DNA of 64,000 bases, from NCBI RefSeq assembly GCF_018977255.1, contig NW_024704744.1, forward strand, positions 80,228,001 to 80,292,000. Reading direction: 5' to 3'. Made by a program: the position numbers and the translations under genes. The stretch comes from Callorhinchus milii. Lineage: Eukaryota. This document shows, piece by piece, positions 1 through 12,000 of this stretch (position 1 is the stretch's first letter; every line of letters starts with the position of its first letter). The notes under the pieces are model-generated. The model was not told the DNA's origin, did no database searches, and saw nothing but the letters and a program-made list of their open reading frames with translations.

Positions 1-344
1 GGCACTGCGGGGGTGGGGTTGGGGCTGAGGGTAAAGGCATTCCTGAAGCTGGAGACGCAGTGAAATTAGTGGAATTTCAGGCCCTGAGGGAGGGGAGATC
101 ACCATTTTTTTTTAAAAAATCACATATTCAGGTTAGAGCTTGAAGAGAGACTGTGGAAGAGAGTGAGAGAGAAAAGCATGGAAAAGAGAGCGAAAGAAAC
201 CGACAGAGAGGAAGTCAAAGAGGGCATGAGGCAGAGAGAGACAAAAATGGACTTGGCTAAAATAGCTCAGTAAAAATGGGGTGGGGAAGATTAGGTCAAA
301 TCTCTCCAGAGAGGTACAAACAGCTAAGAGATATACACAGAGTG

Positions 345-800
345 GTGCAGTACAGAGGGATGCACAGACACACAGAGATATAGTACAGTAGAGGGACACA
401 CACAGAGAGGTACAGTATAGTACAGAGGGATATACACACACACACACAGAGGTACAGTGTAGTACAGAGGGATACACACACACACACAGAGAGGTACAGT
501 GTAGTACAGAGGGATATACACACACACAGAGAGGTACAGTGTAGTACAGAGGGATACACACAGAGGTACAGTGTAGTACAGAGGGATACACACACACACA
601 GAGAGGTACAATGTAGTACAGAGGGATACACACACACACAGAGAGGTACAGTGTAGTACAGAGGGATACACACACACACAGAGAGGTACAATGTAGTACA
701 GAGGGATACACACACACACAGAGGTACAGTATTGCACAGAGGGATACACACACAGAGAGGTACAGTACAGAGGGACAGAGACAGCCAAAGAGAGGCACAG
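345..800. repeat. Minisatellite, about 36-40 bp unit GAGAGGTACAGTGTAGTACAGAGGGATA(CA)n
   Basis: About 10 tandem units with a variable CA tract; source of the spurious Cys/Val-rich ORFs 133-849. Confidence 0.9.
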
Positions 801-1294
801 GAGAGAGGGAGAGAGACAGCCACAGAGCTACAGTGGTTATATATAACAAATCCTGGACTCAGGGAGGACAGAGCTGATAACGGTCGCGAGTCTCACCCTC
901 TCTTAGTCCAATCTGTGTCTCTGACTGTCACTCACTGTCTCCCGTTCCTCTGTGTGTGTGTGTGTGTGTGTGTGTGTATCTGTGTCTCAGTCTCTGTGTG
1001 GGTGAGTGAGTGAGTGGGTGATGTTCGGGCTGTGTGTGGCGATCTCTCTGTGTGTCTCTCTCTTACTAACCTCAGGGCCAATGTTGGAGCCGCTCCCTCC
1101 CTCCCTGTGAGTGAGTGAGTGAGTGAGTGTGTGCCCAGAGAGCCCCGCCCGCTGCACCACAGCTTAAAGCTGCACAGTGTGCAGAGAGTCCCAACGTGTG
1201 TCCACACACACACACACATATATACATATATATATATATATGTGTGTAGTGCGTATCGTGTTTGTGTCTGTGCAAAGTGCACATATCTGCAATG

Positions 1295-1592
1295 CTTGAA
1301 GAAAGCGCAAAATTCTGCAGATGCTGGAAATCCGAAACGCGAAAAGCGCTCTCTCAAACGCAAGGATTATTATTGCGTATCGAAAGCAGAAGTGGCTGGG
1401 AACGCTCCGCAGACCGGGCAGCACCGATGGAGCAAGTGCGTCAACTTTCGGGGGGGGGGGGGCCACGACCCTTTTTGCCAAGAACCCTGCATTCTGACGA
1501 AGGGCCGTGGACCCGAAACGTTGACTCACTTTGCTTTCTCCACAGATGCTGCCCGACCCGCGGAGCGTTCCCAGCCACTTCTGCTTTTGTTT
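1295..1592. mobile_element. Palindromic non-autonomous Penelope-like terminal element with a hammerhead-like core
   Basis: Inverted arms GCAGAAGTGGCTGGGAACGCTCCGC (1387 onward) and GCGGAGCGTTCCCAGCCACTTCTGC (to 1584). CTGACGA-AGGG..CCC-GAAACGTT at 1494-1522. The TGCAGATGCTGGAAATC head is shared with the copy at 58683. Confidence 0.65.
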
Positions 1593-1759
1593 ATAATGCA
1601 TTGTGTTTTTGCACGTGTGTCGTTTGTCTATGTAGTGAATGTATGTGTTGCACACAGTGTGAGTGTATTGTCTGTGTGTGAACAGTGTGTATGTACTGTG
1701 TATACATTTATTGTGTGTATGTACATGGAAATGTGTGCGTGTGCTGAATAGTGGGTGTA

Positions 1760-3063
1760 CATTGAGCTGGGGCTGCGCTGGGAAGCACTGGGCTGGAGTC
1801 ATGTTAAGCTGGAGTTGGTGAGTTGGAGTTAGTATGAGCTGGGGTTGTGCTGGGAGGAGCTGGTAATGTGCTGGCGCTGTGCTGGGAGGAGCTGGACTGT
1901 GCTGGGAGAAGGTGGGCTGTACTGAGAAGAGCTGGGCGGAGCTGGGCTGAGAGCAGGGGGGGGCTGTGGGGAGCTGGACTGTATTGGAAGGAGCTGGGCT
2001 GTGCTGGGAGGAGCTGGGCTGTATTGGGAGGAATTGGGATATACTGGGAGGAGCTTTGGTGTGCTGAGAAGATCTAGGCTATGCTGGCAGGAGCTGGGTT
2101 GGGGCTGTACTCGGAGGAGCTGTGCTGGGGGGAGCTTGGCTGTGCTGGGTTGGGAGGGGCAGTGGTGGGCTGAGCTGTGCTGGGAGGAGGTGGGCTGTGC
2201 TGGGAGGAGCTGTCTTGTGCTGGGAGGAGCTGGGCTGGGAGGAGTTGTGCTGGGTTGGGAAAGGCTATGCTGGACGAGGAGAAGCTGGATGTATTCGGAG
2301 GAGCTGGGCTGTGCTGGGAGGATCTACGCTGTTCTGGCAGGGGCTGTACTCGGAGGAGCTGAGAGGAGCTGGGCATGGGCTCTACTTGGAGGAGCTGGGC
2401 TGTACTGGGAAGAACTCGACTGTGCTTGGAGGAGCTGGGATGGGCTGTTCTGGGAGGAGCTGGCCTGTGCTGGGAGGATCTGGCCTGTGCTGGGAGGAGC
2501 TAGGCTGGGGCTATGCTGAGAGAAGCTGGTTGTGCTGCGAGTTGCTGGGCTGTGCTGGGTGAAGCTGTGAGTTGCTGGCCTGGGCTGTGCTGGGCGAGCT
2601 GTGGTGGGGCTGTATTGGGAGGAACTGGCCTGTGCTGGGCGGGGCTGGGCTCTGCTGGGAAGAACTGGGCTGCGCTGGAAGGAGCTGGGCTGCGCTGGGA
2701 GGAGTTGGGCTTTTGCTGGCAGGAGTTGGGCTGGGAGGAGTTGGAATGGGCTGGGAGGAGTTGGGATAGGCTCGGAGAAGCCAGGGCTGTGTTGGGAGGA
2801 GCTAGGGTTGTGCAGAAAAGAGTCGGGATGGGCTGGGAGAAGTTGGGATGGGCTGGGAGAATCTGGGGCTGTGTTGGGAGAGCTAGGGTTGTGCAGAGAA
2901 AAGCTGGGCTGGAAGAGCTGGACTGTGCTGGGAGGAGGTGGGCTGTGCTGGGTAGAGCTCGGGCTGTGCTGGGAGGGGCTGAGCTCTGTTAGGAGGAGCT
3001 TGGCTGTGCTGGACTGGGAGGAGCTGGATGTATTTGGAGGAGTTAGGCTATGCTGGGAGGAGC
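1760..3063. repeat. G-rich satellite (GGGCTGTGCTGGGAGGAGCT-like, about 20 bp), part 1
   Basis: Degenerate tandem units of GCTGTGCTGGGAGGAGCTG. Confidence 0.9.
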
Positions 3064-4578
3064 TCCACCCTCATACACCGCCTCTCCGTTTTACTCAATC
3101 TACGTGGACCTGCCCTTGCCTGGTTCGATTCCTATCTCTCTCACCGTCTCCACTTTGTTGCCTCTAATGGTTTCTCCTCCAGCCCCCACACTGTCACGTC
3201 TCGTGTCCCCCAGGGCTCTGTCCTTGGCCCTCTCCTCTTTAATATCTACATGCTCCCCCTTGGTGACATCATCCGCAGACATGGGGTCAACTTCCAAATG
3301 TATGCGGATGACACCCAACTGTGGAGTCCTGTAGCTCAGTGGTTAGAGCACTCGCTTTGCAAGCGAGAGACCTGAGTTCAATTCCAGGCAGAGGGCGAAA
3401 CCTTGAGCAAGTTTCCTTACTCCACACAGAGCCTAATAATAAATCCCTCCAAAACCCAAAACAATAATAAATTGGTCATTTTCAATCTATGACTGTTTGT
3501 GGGACATTGCTGTGCGCAATTGGCTGCCGCGTTCGCCCACAAATATACAGTCAATTCACTTTACAGTGTGTTCTGTGAAGTGCTTTGGGACGTCCTCCCG
3601 ATGTGAAAAGCGCTATATCAAATGCAAGAATTATTATTGTTATTATTATAACTATCTTTCTGACTCCATCCTCAACTCCAGGACCACTGCTGTCCTGACA
3701 GACTGCTGTCAGATATCAAGTCCTGGATGAGGGCAAATTTCCGACAGTTGAATGTGTACAAGACTGAGGCCCTCCTGAATGGCTCACACCAGCGCCTCAA
3801 TACCTCAGCCTCTGGCAGCATCAACCTCCATGGTTGCACACTACAACTCACCAAACCAGTCAGGAACCCAGGTGTCTTGTTCGACCCTCAACTGTCTTCT
3901 CCCTCACATCCAAGCCATGACCCACTCTGCCTTCCCTCACCTCCGTAACATCGCCCGACTCCGCCACTACCTCACCCCTCAGGCCACTGGAACTCTTGTT
4001 CGTGCCTTCATCACCTCCAGGATTGACTATGCAAACGCTCTGCTTGTCGTCCTTCCCAACTCCTCCCTCCACAGGCTTCAGATAATCCAGAACTCTGCAG
4101 CCCGTGTCCTCTCCCGCACCAAACTCTGTGACCCCATCTCCCCCATTCTCACGCAACTCCACTGGATCCCTACCCTTCAGAGGATCCAGTTCAAGATCCT
4201 GGTCCACACCTACAAAGCCCTCCATGGCCTCGCCCCACCCTACCTCTGCGAACTCCTAACCCCCTACCAACCCGCCCATTCCCTCCACTCATCCGGCCCT
4301 GGTCTGCTCCACGTCACCCGACCCACCCGCCCCACCATTGGCAGGAGAGACTTCAGCCACTCTGCCCCCAACCTCTGAAATTCCATCCCCCAATCACTCC
4401 GCCTCACCCCCTCCTTAGTCTCCTTCATGTCCCGCCTCAAGACCCTCCTCTTCGATGATACCATCGGCCACCCCCTCACCCTCAAACCCCAGCTCAGGTC
4501 TGAAATGCTGTACTCTGTCCAGCGCCTTGGGACGTCCTCCCGACCTGAAAGGTGCTATACAAATGTAATCTTGTTGTT
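3064..4578 (+). mobile_element. 5'-truncated L2-clade LINE (RT C-terminal part and 3' tail), interrupted by a SINE
   Basis: RT motifs [12 protein letters not shown] and YADDTQL, then FITSRIDYANALL and LHWIP..RIQFKIL; frameshifted; ends in a (TTG)n tail near 4570. Confidence 0.9.
3321..3649 (+). mobile_element. Full-length tRNA-derived SINE with a Deu-like central domain and L2-derived tail
   Basis: A box TAGCTCAGTGG, B box GAGTTCAATTCC, Ala(TGC)-like anticodon arm, core GCTGTGCGCAATTGGCTGCCGCG, tail GGGACGTCCTCCCGA...AAATGCAAG(ATT)n similar to the L2 tail. Inserted in the L2 just after YADDTQL. Confidence 0.9.
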
Positions 4579-5992
4579 GTGGGCTGTGCTGGAAGGAGAT
4601 GAGCTGTGCTGGGAGGAGGTGAGTCTGTGCTGGGAGGAGCTGGTTTGTGCTGGGAGGAGCTGTGCTCGGTTGGGAAAGGCTGTGCTGGACTGGGAGGAGC
4701 TGGATGTATTCGGAGGAGCTTGGCTGTGCTGGGAGGATCTATGCTGTTCTGGCGTGGGCTGGAGCTGTACTCGGAGGAGCTGGGCAGGGACTGTACTTGG
4801 AGGAGCTGGGCTATGCTGGGAAGAACTGGACTGTGCTTGGAGGAGCTTGGATGGACTGTTCTGGGAGGAGCTGGCCTGTGCTGGGAGGAGCTGTGGTGGG
4901 CTGTGCTGAGTGGAGCTGGCCTGTGCTGGGAGGAGCTGTGGTGGGCTGTGCTGGCAGGAGCTGGACTGTGCTGGGAGGAGCTGTGCTGAGTGGGGCTGTG
5001 CTGGGAGGAGCTGTGCTGAGTGGGGCTGTGCTGGGAGGAGCTGGAGCTGTGCTGGGAGGAGCTGTGTTGTGAGGGGGTGGGCAATGCTGAGTGGAGCTGT
5101 GTTGTGAGGGGGTGGGCTGTGCTGGAAGGAGCTGGGACTGTCCTGGAAGGAGCTGTGTTGTGAGGGGTTGGGCTGTGTGAGAGGAGCTGGGGCTGTGCTG
5201 GGAGGAGCTGTGTTGTGAGGGGATGGGCTGTGCTGGGAGGAGCTGGGGCTGTGCTGAGTGAAGTTGTGCTGAGTGGGGCTGTGCTGGGTGGAGCTGTGCT
5301 GGGAGGAGCTGGACTGTGCTGGGAGGAACTGTGCTGGGAGGGGTTGGGCTGTGCTGAGTGGAGCTGGGCTGGGAGGGAGAGGGCTGTGCTGTGAGGGCTT
5401 TGCTGGGAGGGGGAGGGGCTGTGCTGGGGAGGGGGAGTGGCTGAGCTGGGAGGGGGAGGGGCTGTGCTGGGGAGGGGGAGGGGCCGTGCTGGAGGGGGAG
5501 GGGCCGTGCTGGGGAGGGGGAGGGGCTGTGCTGGGAGGGGGAGGGGCTGTGCTGGGAGGGGGAGGGCTGTGCTGGGAGGGGGAGGGGCTGTGCTGGGGAG
5601 GGGCTGTGCTGGGAGGGGGAGGGGCTGTGCTGGGAGGGGAGGGGCTGTGCTGGGAGGTGCTGGGAGGGGAGGGGCTGTGCTGGGGAAGGGGAGGGGCTGT
5701 GCTGGGAGGGGAGGGGCTGTGCTAGGAGGGGGAGGGGCTGTGCTGGGAGGGGGAGGGCTGTGCTGGGAGGGGGAGGGGCTGTGCTGGGAGGGGAGGGCTG
5801 TGCTGGGGAGGGGGAGGGGCTGTGCTGGGGAGGGGGAGGGCTGTGCTGGGAGGGGGAGGGGCTGTGCTGGGGAGGGGGGGCTGTGCTGGGGAGGGGAGGG
5901 GCTGTGCTGGGAGGGGGAGGGGCTGTGCTGGGAGGGGGAGGGGCTGTGCTGGGAGGGGGAGGGGCTGTGCTGGGGTTCAGTGGAGCTGGAGT
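4579..5992. repeat. G-rich satellite part 2, grading into (GGGGAGGGGCTGTGCTGGGA)n and abutting the calpain ATG
   Basis: Tandem units become homogeneous at 5420-5975; dense G-runs. Confidence 0.9.
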
Positions 5993-6020
5993 TGGTGAGT
6001 TGCAGTCGGTGTGAGGTGGG

Positions 6021-9000
6021 ATGAGCGGAATGGCACTGGCGATCCAGCGCTCTCGGCAGCGGGACGCGGGGTTGGGCTCTCGGGGCAATGCGCGGCGGTT
6101 CCTGGGGCAGAGCTACGAGGAGCTGCGGGACCGCTGTCTGCAGACGGGGGTCCTCTTCCAGGACCACAGCTTCCCCGCCGCCCCGGACAGTCTGGGCTAC
6201 CAGGAGCTGGGCGGCCACTCACACAAAACCCGGGGGGTGGAGTGGCAGCGCCCGCCGGTGAGACACTTCTTTTTTTTGCATTGAGATGACTCCGACTCCA
6301 CAGCTCAGCGTCTCCCCACCACCACTCCACCCCACCACCACTCCCCCACTCCCCCACCCCACTCCCCCACTCCCCCACCACCACCCACTCCCCACTCCCC
6401 CACCACCACTTCCCCACTCCCCCCACCACCACTCCCCCATCCCCCACTCCCCACCACCACTCCCCCACTCCCCACCACCACTCCCCCACTCCCCCACCAC
6501 CACTCCCCACTCCCACCACCACCCATCCCCCACTCCCCACCCCACCACTCCCCCACTCCCCCACCACCACTCCCCCACTCCCCCACCACCACACACTCCC
6601 CCCACTCCCCACCACCACTCCCCACTCCCACCTCCCCACCACCACTCCCCACCCCCACTCCACCACCACCACTACTCCCCCACTCCCCCACCACCACTCC
6701 CCCACTCCCCCACCACCACTCCTCAGCCCCCAGTCCCCCACCACCACTCCCCCACCACCACCACTCCTCACCCCCAGTCCCCCACCACCACTCCCCACCA
6801 CCACTCCTCAGCCCCCACTCCCCCACCACCACTCCCCACCACACTCTCAGCCCCCACTCCCACCACCACTCCTCAGCCCCACTCCCCCACCACCACTCCC
6901 CCACCACCACCACTCCTCAGCCCCCACTCCCCCACCACCACTCCCCACTCCCCCACCACCACTCCTCAGCCCCCACTCCTGCCCGGAATATCTCTCTCTC
7001 TCTCTCCCCCACACACCCAGGGCTGGGCAGCTGCTGTCTGTGGTCTCTGACCCTCACGCTCTGTGGTCTCTGACCCTCACGCTCTGTGGTCTCTGACCCT
7101 CACTCTCTGTGGTCTCTGACCCTCACTCTCTGTGGTCTCTGACCCTCACTCTCTGTGGTCTCTGACCCTCACTCTCTGTGGTCTCTGACCCTCACTCTCT
7201 GTGGTCTCTGACCCTCACTCTCTGCGCCTCTGACCCTCACTCTCTGTGCCTTTGACCCTCACTCTCTGTGTTTGCAGGATCTGTGCTCAAGACCCCGGTT
7301 TATTATTGAAGGAGCCACCAAGACTGACATTTGCCAGGGCTCCTTGGGTGAGTGACAGCCCAGTCTGGGGTCTGAGAGAGGCACCAGCTGTGTGTGTGAG
7401 TGAGAGAGAGTGTATGAGTGAGAGAGAGTATGAGTGAGAGAGAGTGTATGAGTGAGAGAGAGTGTATGAGTGAGAGAGAGTATGAGTGAGAGAGAGTATG
7501 AGTGAGAGAGAGTGTATGAGTGAGTGTGAGAGAGTGAGTTTTTTTATGTGTGTATGTCAGTGTGTGTGTGTTTGAGAGACAGTGAGTGTGTATGAAAGAG
7601 TGAGTGTGTGAGAGATTCAGAAAGAGTAAGTGAGGGACAGAGTGTGTGAGAGAGGGCGGGTGAGAGTGAAAAATAGTGTGAGAGACAGACAGAGTGTAAG
7701 AGAGTCAGATACAGTGAGGGACAGAGAGTAAGTTTGAGAAAGACTGTGAGGGAGAGAAAGTGTGGTTGGCAAACAGTAGAGCTTGCCTGGCAAGGACAGG
7801 TAGTGATGGGGGTGTAGAGTTTAGAGTAGGTGAGTACGTGGGTAGTGGAGTGTGCGAGAAAGAGTGTGTGAGTGAGTCACTGTTAAGACTATAAGACGTA
7901 GCAGCAGGAGTAGGCCATTTGGCCCCTCGAGCTTGCCCCCGCCATTTAATAAGATCATGGCTGATCTTCTAACCTAATTCCATTTACCCGCCCTATCCCC
8001 ATATCCTTTAGATATATATCAACCTCAGTCTTGAATAAAGCTCTCTGAAACGCCACTCTGCGTGAAGGGTGCAGTTATTGTTATTGTGTGTGGCCACTAT
8101 CGGTAGAGGAGACACTAAACTGGTTAGGTGAGTGTGTTCGCCCTACTGTCAGTCTGCTCCTGTGAAAGACTGCGAGCACACACACACACATTTTCAGCTT
8201 GTTTCACTCTGTGACTGCGTGGTAACAGCACAAACCTGTGGAGATCTGTGGAGTGAAAGTTGAGCGACTCCTCCCTCGCTCTCTCCTTTTCAGTGCTTCG
8301 CTGTGAGAGCTTTACAAGGCGGACAAGTTGGGGCTGACTCACTGTTAATTTGTTGGCTTTACTTTGCTCACTGAGGACACCGCCCTAGCTGCAGGCTGTT
8401 CTTTCTACTCACAGCCTGCTCTGGCTGAGACCAGAACAACATTTAAATTGGATAAGTATATCAGAGAGAGGGAATGAAAAGGGCACATGGAAAGGGATTA
8501 CAGTGGAGAGCAAGCACCAGGACGCAATGGGCTGAATGGTGTAAAGGTACTGTGGTGTGACTGTGTGTTTTGGTGTAGGGGATTGCTGGCTCCTGGCTGC
8601 CATCGCGTCCCTGACTTTGAACAAGGAAGTGTTGGACAGAGTGGTTCCCGATGGACAGAGCTTTGATTCGGGCTACGCTGGAATCTTCCATTTCCAGGTA
8701 ATGGCAGAACTCTGAACCGCAATTAAGTATTTTTTTTTGATCAGCCAGGTGTCTGACACACACGGAAACCCATCACCATGATCACCCGGTGTTTGAACAC
8801 GCAGAAACCCATCACCCTGCTTAAGAATATCCAAACCAGACAGATTTCCACATATTTATGCCACTTACATATCGAAATGGATGCACACTCTCTCCCTGAA
8901 GGGACGCAACCTGCTTCCCTGATCCCGGAGAATGTTAGGCTCAGGTTGGCAAGAGCCAAGGCTTGGGGACCCCAGAGTCTGCTGGAGTCCCCAAAGCTAA

Positions 9001-12000
9001 AATTGCATAGTGTGCTATTGAGAGCACTGTCTGACAAGTTTCCCACTGCTTGTCCAGCTAGGACCACCCTACCTATTAGTGGGAAGAATCCTTTTCTTCA
9101 GTGACCAGTTTGCCCCTTCCAAAGTCCTGCCATAAGCCAGGCTAGTCTTGTCATCAGTAGTGCCTTGGAGTGCTGCAGACCCATCTGGCCCAGGAACTGG
9201 TTTGGAGATTGTCACAGAGATTTGATTCTAATGTTCTATTGCCAAGCACCACCTTGGAGCCAGTTCAACTTCAAGGACTCCCCGCACCAACCAAAGGATA
9301 GTCACTTGTTGACTAGTTGCTTATAGCTGATTTCCCTCTGCAGTGCAGCCACTGTGACCTTGATGGTAGCCAGCTGAGATCAGCAAATTGGCACAGAGTG
9401 TACCTCGTTCCCTCATTGTCTGCCTGGCTCGGTTGGTTTCACACTCGCCTTTAAATAATAATCCTAGCATTTGATATAGTGCTTCTCTTGTCACTGAGAG
9501 TCCCAAATTGGTTGTGTGTTTTGTGAGCGAAAATGTGGCAGCCAATTGCAAATAGCAGTGTCCCACAAACAACTGTGGATTGAGTGACCAATTTTTTGGG
9601 GGATGAATGGATTATTACCCCAAGAAATTGATCCGCCTATCAACTAACAACCGGGTTCCTACATATTGCATGATAAAAAGGCATGTAGAATAAAAAATCT
9701 TGCCTGAAGTTTCACTACGCCCAGGAAACAAACCAAATTCCTCTTGCTTGCAAGGCAAGCTCACTAACCACTATGCTCCGTTGAGGGTTGTGGATGCCAC
9801 ATCCGGTCTTGAGCTCACAGCCAGGCTGACATTGAGTAGGTTGCGAGGTGGGGATGGGTGAGGTGAATGCTGCATTGTCAGAGGTGTCAACCTTCAGATG
9901 GGACTTTAAACTCTGCATCATACTGTTCAGAGGAACGTTAAAAGATTTCGCAATCCTAATGGAAAAGAAAATACATTTTTCTACGGAAAAAGCTGTGGAA
10001 TGGTCAAGGTGGTTTCTGCTGTTCTAGTGTGTGTCAACAGTGCACATCAACAGATTCGACCGCTCCCCAAACATGCTCTCTGGGCTTACTCACACAGTGT
10101 TCCAAGCTAACGCAGCCTCTTGTCAGTAAAAGCAAACTAGAGTGGTTTTACAAGTGTCAGGCGATGTAAAGAATAACTAGCACAGATTGTACTCTGAGTC
10201 CCCGATAAGTGTTGCAACTTAGTGTGCAGTACTAGTGCATGTGGAGCAGAGTTGTTGAGGAAATGGCCCAAGTTGAGATGAGATTGTCGTCCCCACTCAG
10301 AGAGTGCCTGCGGTGTCAGCCCTGCCAGTAAGTCTGTTGGCTGTGATCCAAGTCTTTGATGATGTGCCAGAGTTTGCAAGACTCGAATGTGGCATTCATT
10401 GTACTCTGGAATGCCCACTACACACCAGCCCCAGCCTACTTTGCGCTCTGCTGTGCCAGTCATTAGTTTTTACGATGTTTTGCAGTGAACAAGTTCCTGT
10501 TTTGAGGAGTTATTCAAAGATTGTGGTCTCAGTGATATGAATCAAACAACCTGGCTTCAGGGTAGTAATTCTTAATGCACGACAACCATACGAACAGGAG
10601 TAGGCCATTCAGCTCCTCGAGCCTGTTTCAATATTCTATTAGATCAACAACAACAAAATTACATTTGTATAGCGCCCTTCATGTCGAGTTCCAGAGTGTG
10701 GGGACGGAATGGCAGAAGGTCCGCCCGCCAATGGTGGGGTGAGCGAGACGGGGGATGTGAAGCAGGCTGGAACCCGCTGAACGGAGGCAGTGGGCAGGAT
10801 GGTAGGGGGTTAGGAGGTCACAGAGGTAGGGGGGAACAAGACCATGGAGGGCTTTAAAGGTGAGGACCAGGATCTTGAACTGTATCATCTGTGTGATGGG
10901 GATCCAGTGGAGTCGGGCGAGGATGGAGGTGATAGTGTCATGGAGCCTGGTGCGGGAGGATACTGGCTGCAGAGTTCCAGATGATCCATAGCCTATGGAG
11001 GGAGAAGTTGGGGAGGCTGACAAGCAAGGAGTTTGCATAGTCAAGCCTCGATGTAATGAAAGCATGCATGAGGGTTTTAGCGGCCTGCAGTGTGAGACAG
11101 TGGCGGAGCCAGGCGATGTTGCGGAGGTGGGGTAAGGCAGAGCGGGCCATGGCACAGGTGTAGGGTAGAAAGGACAGTTGAGGGTCAAACAAAATGCCAA
11201 GGTTCTGGACTGGCTTAGTGAGGTGGAGTGTGCAACCATGGATGGTGATGCTGTCAGCGACTGAGCTGTGGAGGCGCTGACGGGATCCAATCAGGAGAAC
11301 CTCGGTCTTGTTGATGTTCAACTGAAGAAAGTTAGCTGTCATCCAGGACTTGATGTCTGACAGACATTCTGTTAGCACAGCAGTGGTCCTGGAGTCAAGA
11401 GTGGAGGCAGAGAGATACAGTTGGGTGTCATCTGCATACATGTGGAAGTTGACCCCATGTCTGCGGATGATGTCATCAAGAGGGAGCATATAGATACTGA
11501 AGAGGAGGGCACCAAGGATAGAGTCCTGAGGAATGCCGCATGAGACAGGGTGGGGGCTAGAGGAGAACAACAAGATTACATTTGTATAGTGCCTTTCACG
11601 TCAGGAGGACGTCCCAAGGCGCTGGACAGAGTACAGCATTTCAGACCTAAGCTGGGGTTGGGTGGGGGGGTAGGAGGGTGGCCAATGGCATGGTCGAAGA
11701 GGAGGATCTTGAACCGGGACTTGAAGGAGGCTAAGGAGGGGGTGAGGCGGAGTGATTGCGGGATGGAACTCCAGAGGTTGGGGGCAAAGTGGCTGAAGGC
11801 TCTCCCGCCAATGGTGGGGCGGGTGGGTTGGGGGACGTGGAGCAGGCCAGAGCCGGCTGAGCGGAGGGAATGGGCGGGTTGGTAGGGGGTTAGGAGGTCG
11901 CAGAGATAGGGTGGGAAACCATTTGTGGAGATGAAGTGGAGGCAGTGTGAGAGGTACGATCTGAACCAGTCAAGTACAGAGCTGTGAAAGTTGAGGTGAG

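Noticed and set aside
133-849. Cys/Val-rich ORFs
   Set aside because: Translation of a CA-containing minisatellite.
3322-3395. tRNA-Ala(TGC) gene
   Set aside because: It has A/B boxes and an anticodon arm but no proper acceptor stem, and it continues into a SINE body found many times in the window.
4494-6218. 574-aa Pro/Ser-rich ORF and overlapping ORFs
   Set aside because: Translations of a stop-poor satellite that is open in several frames; no domain.
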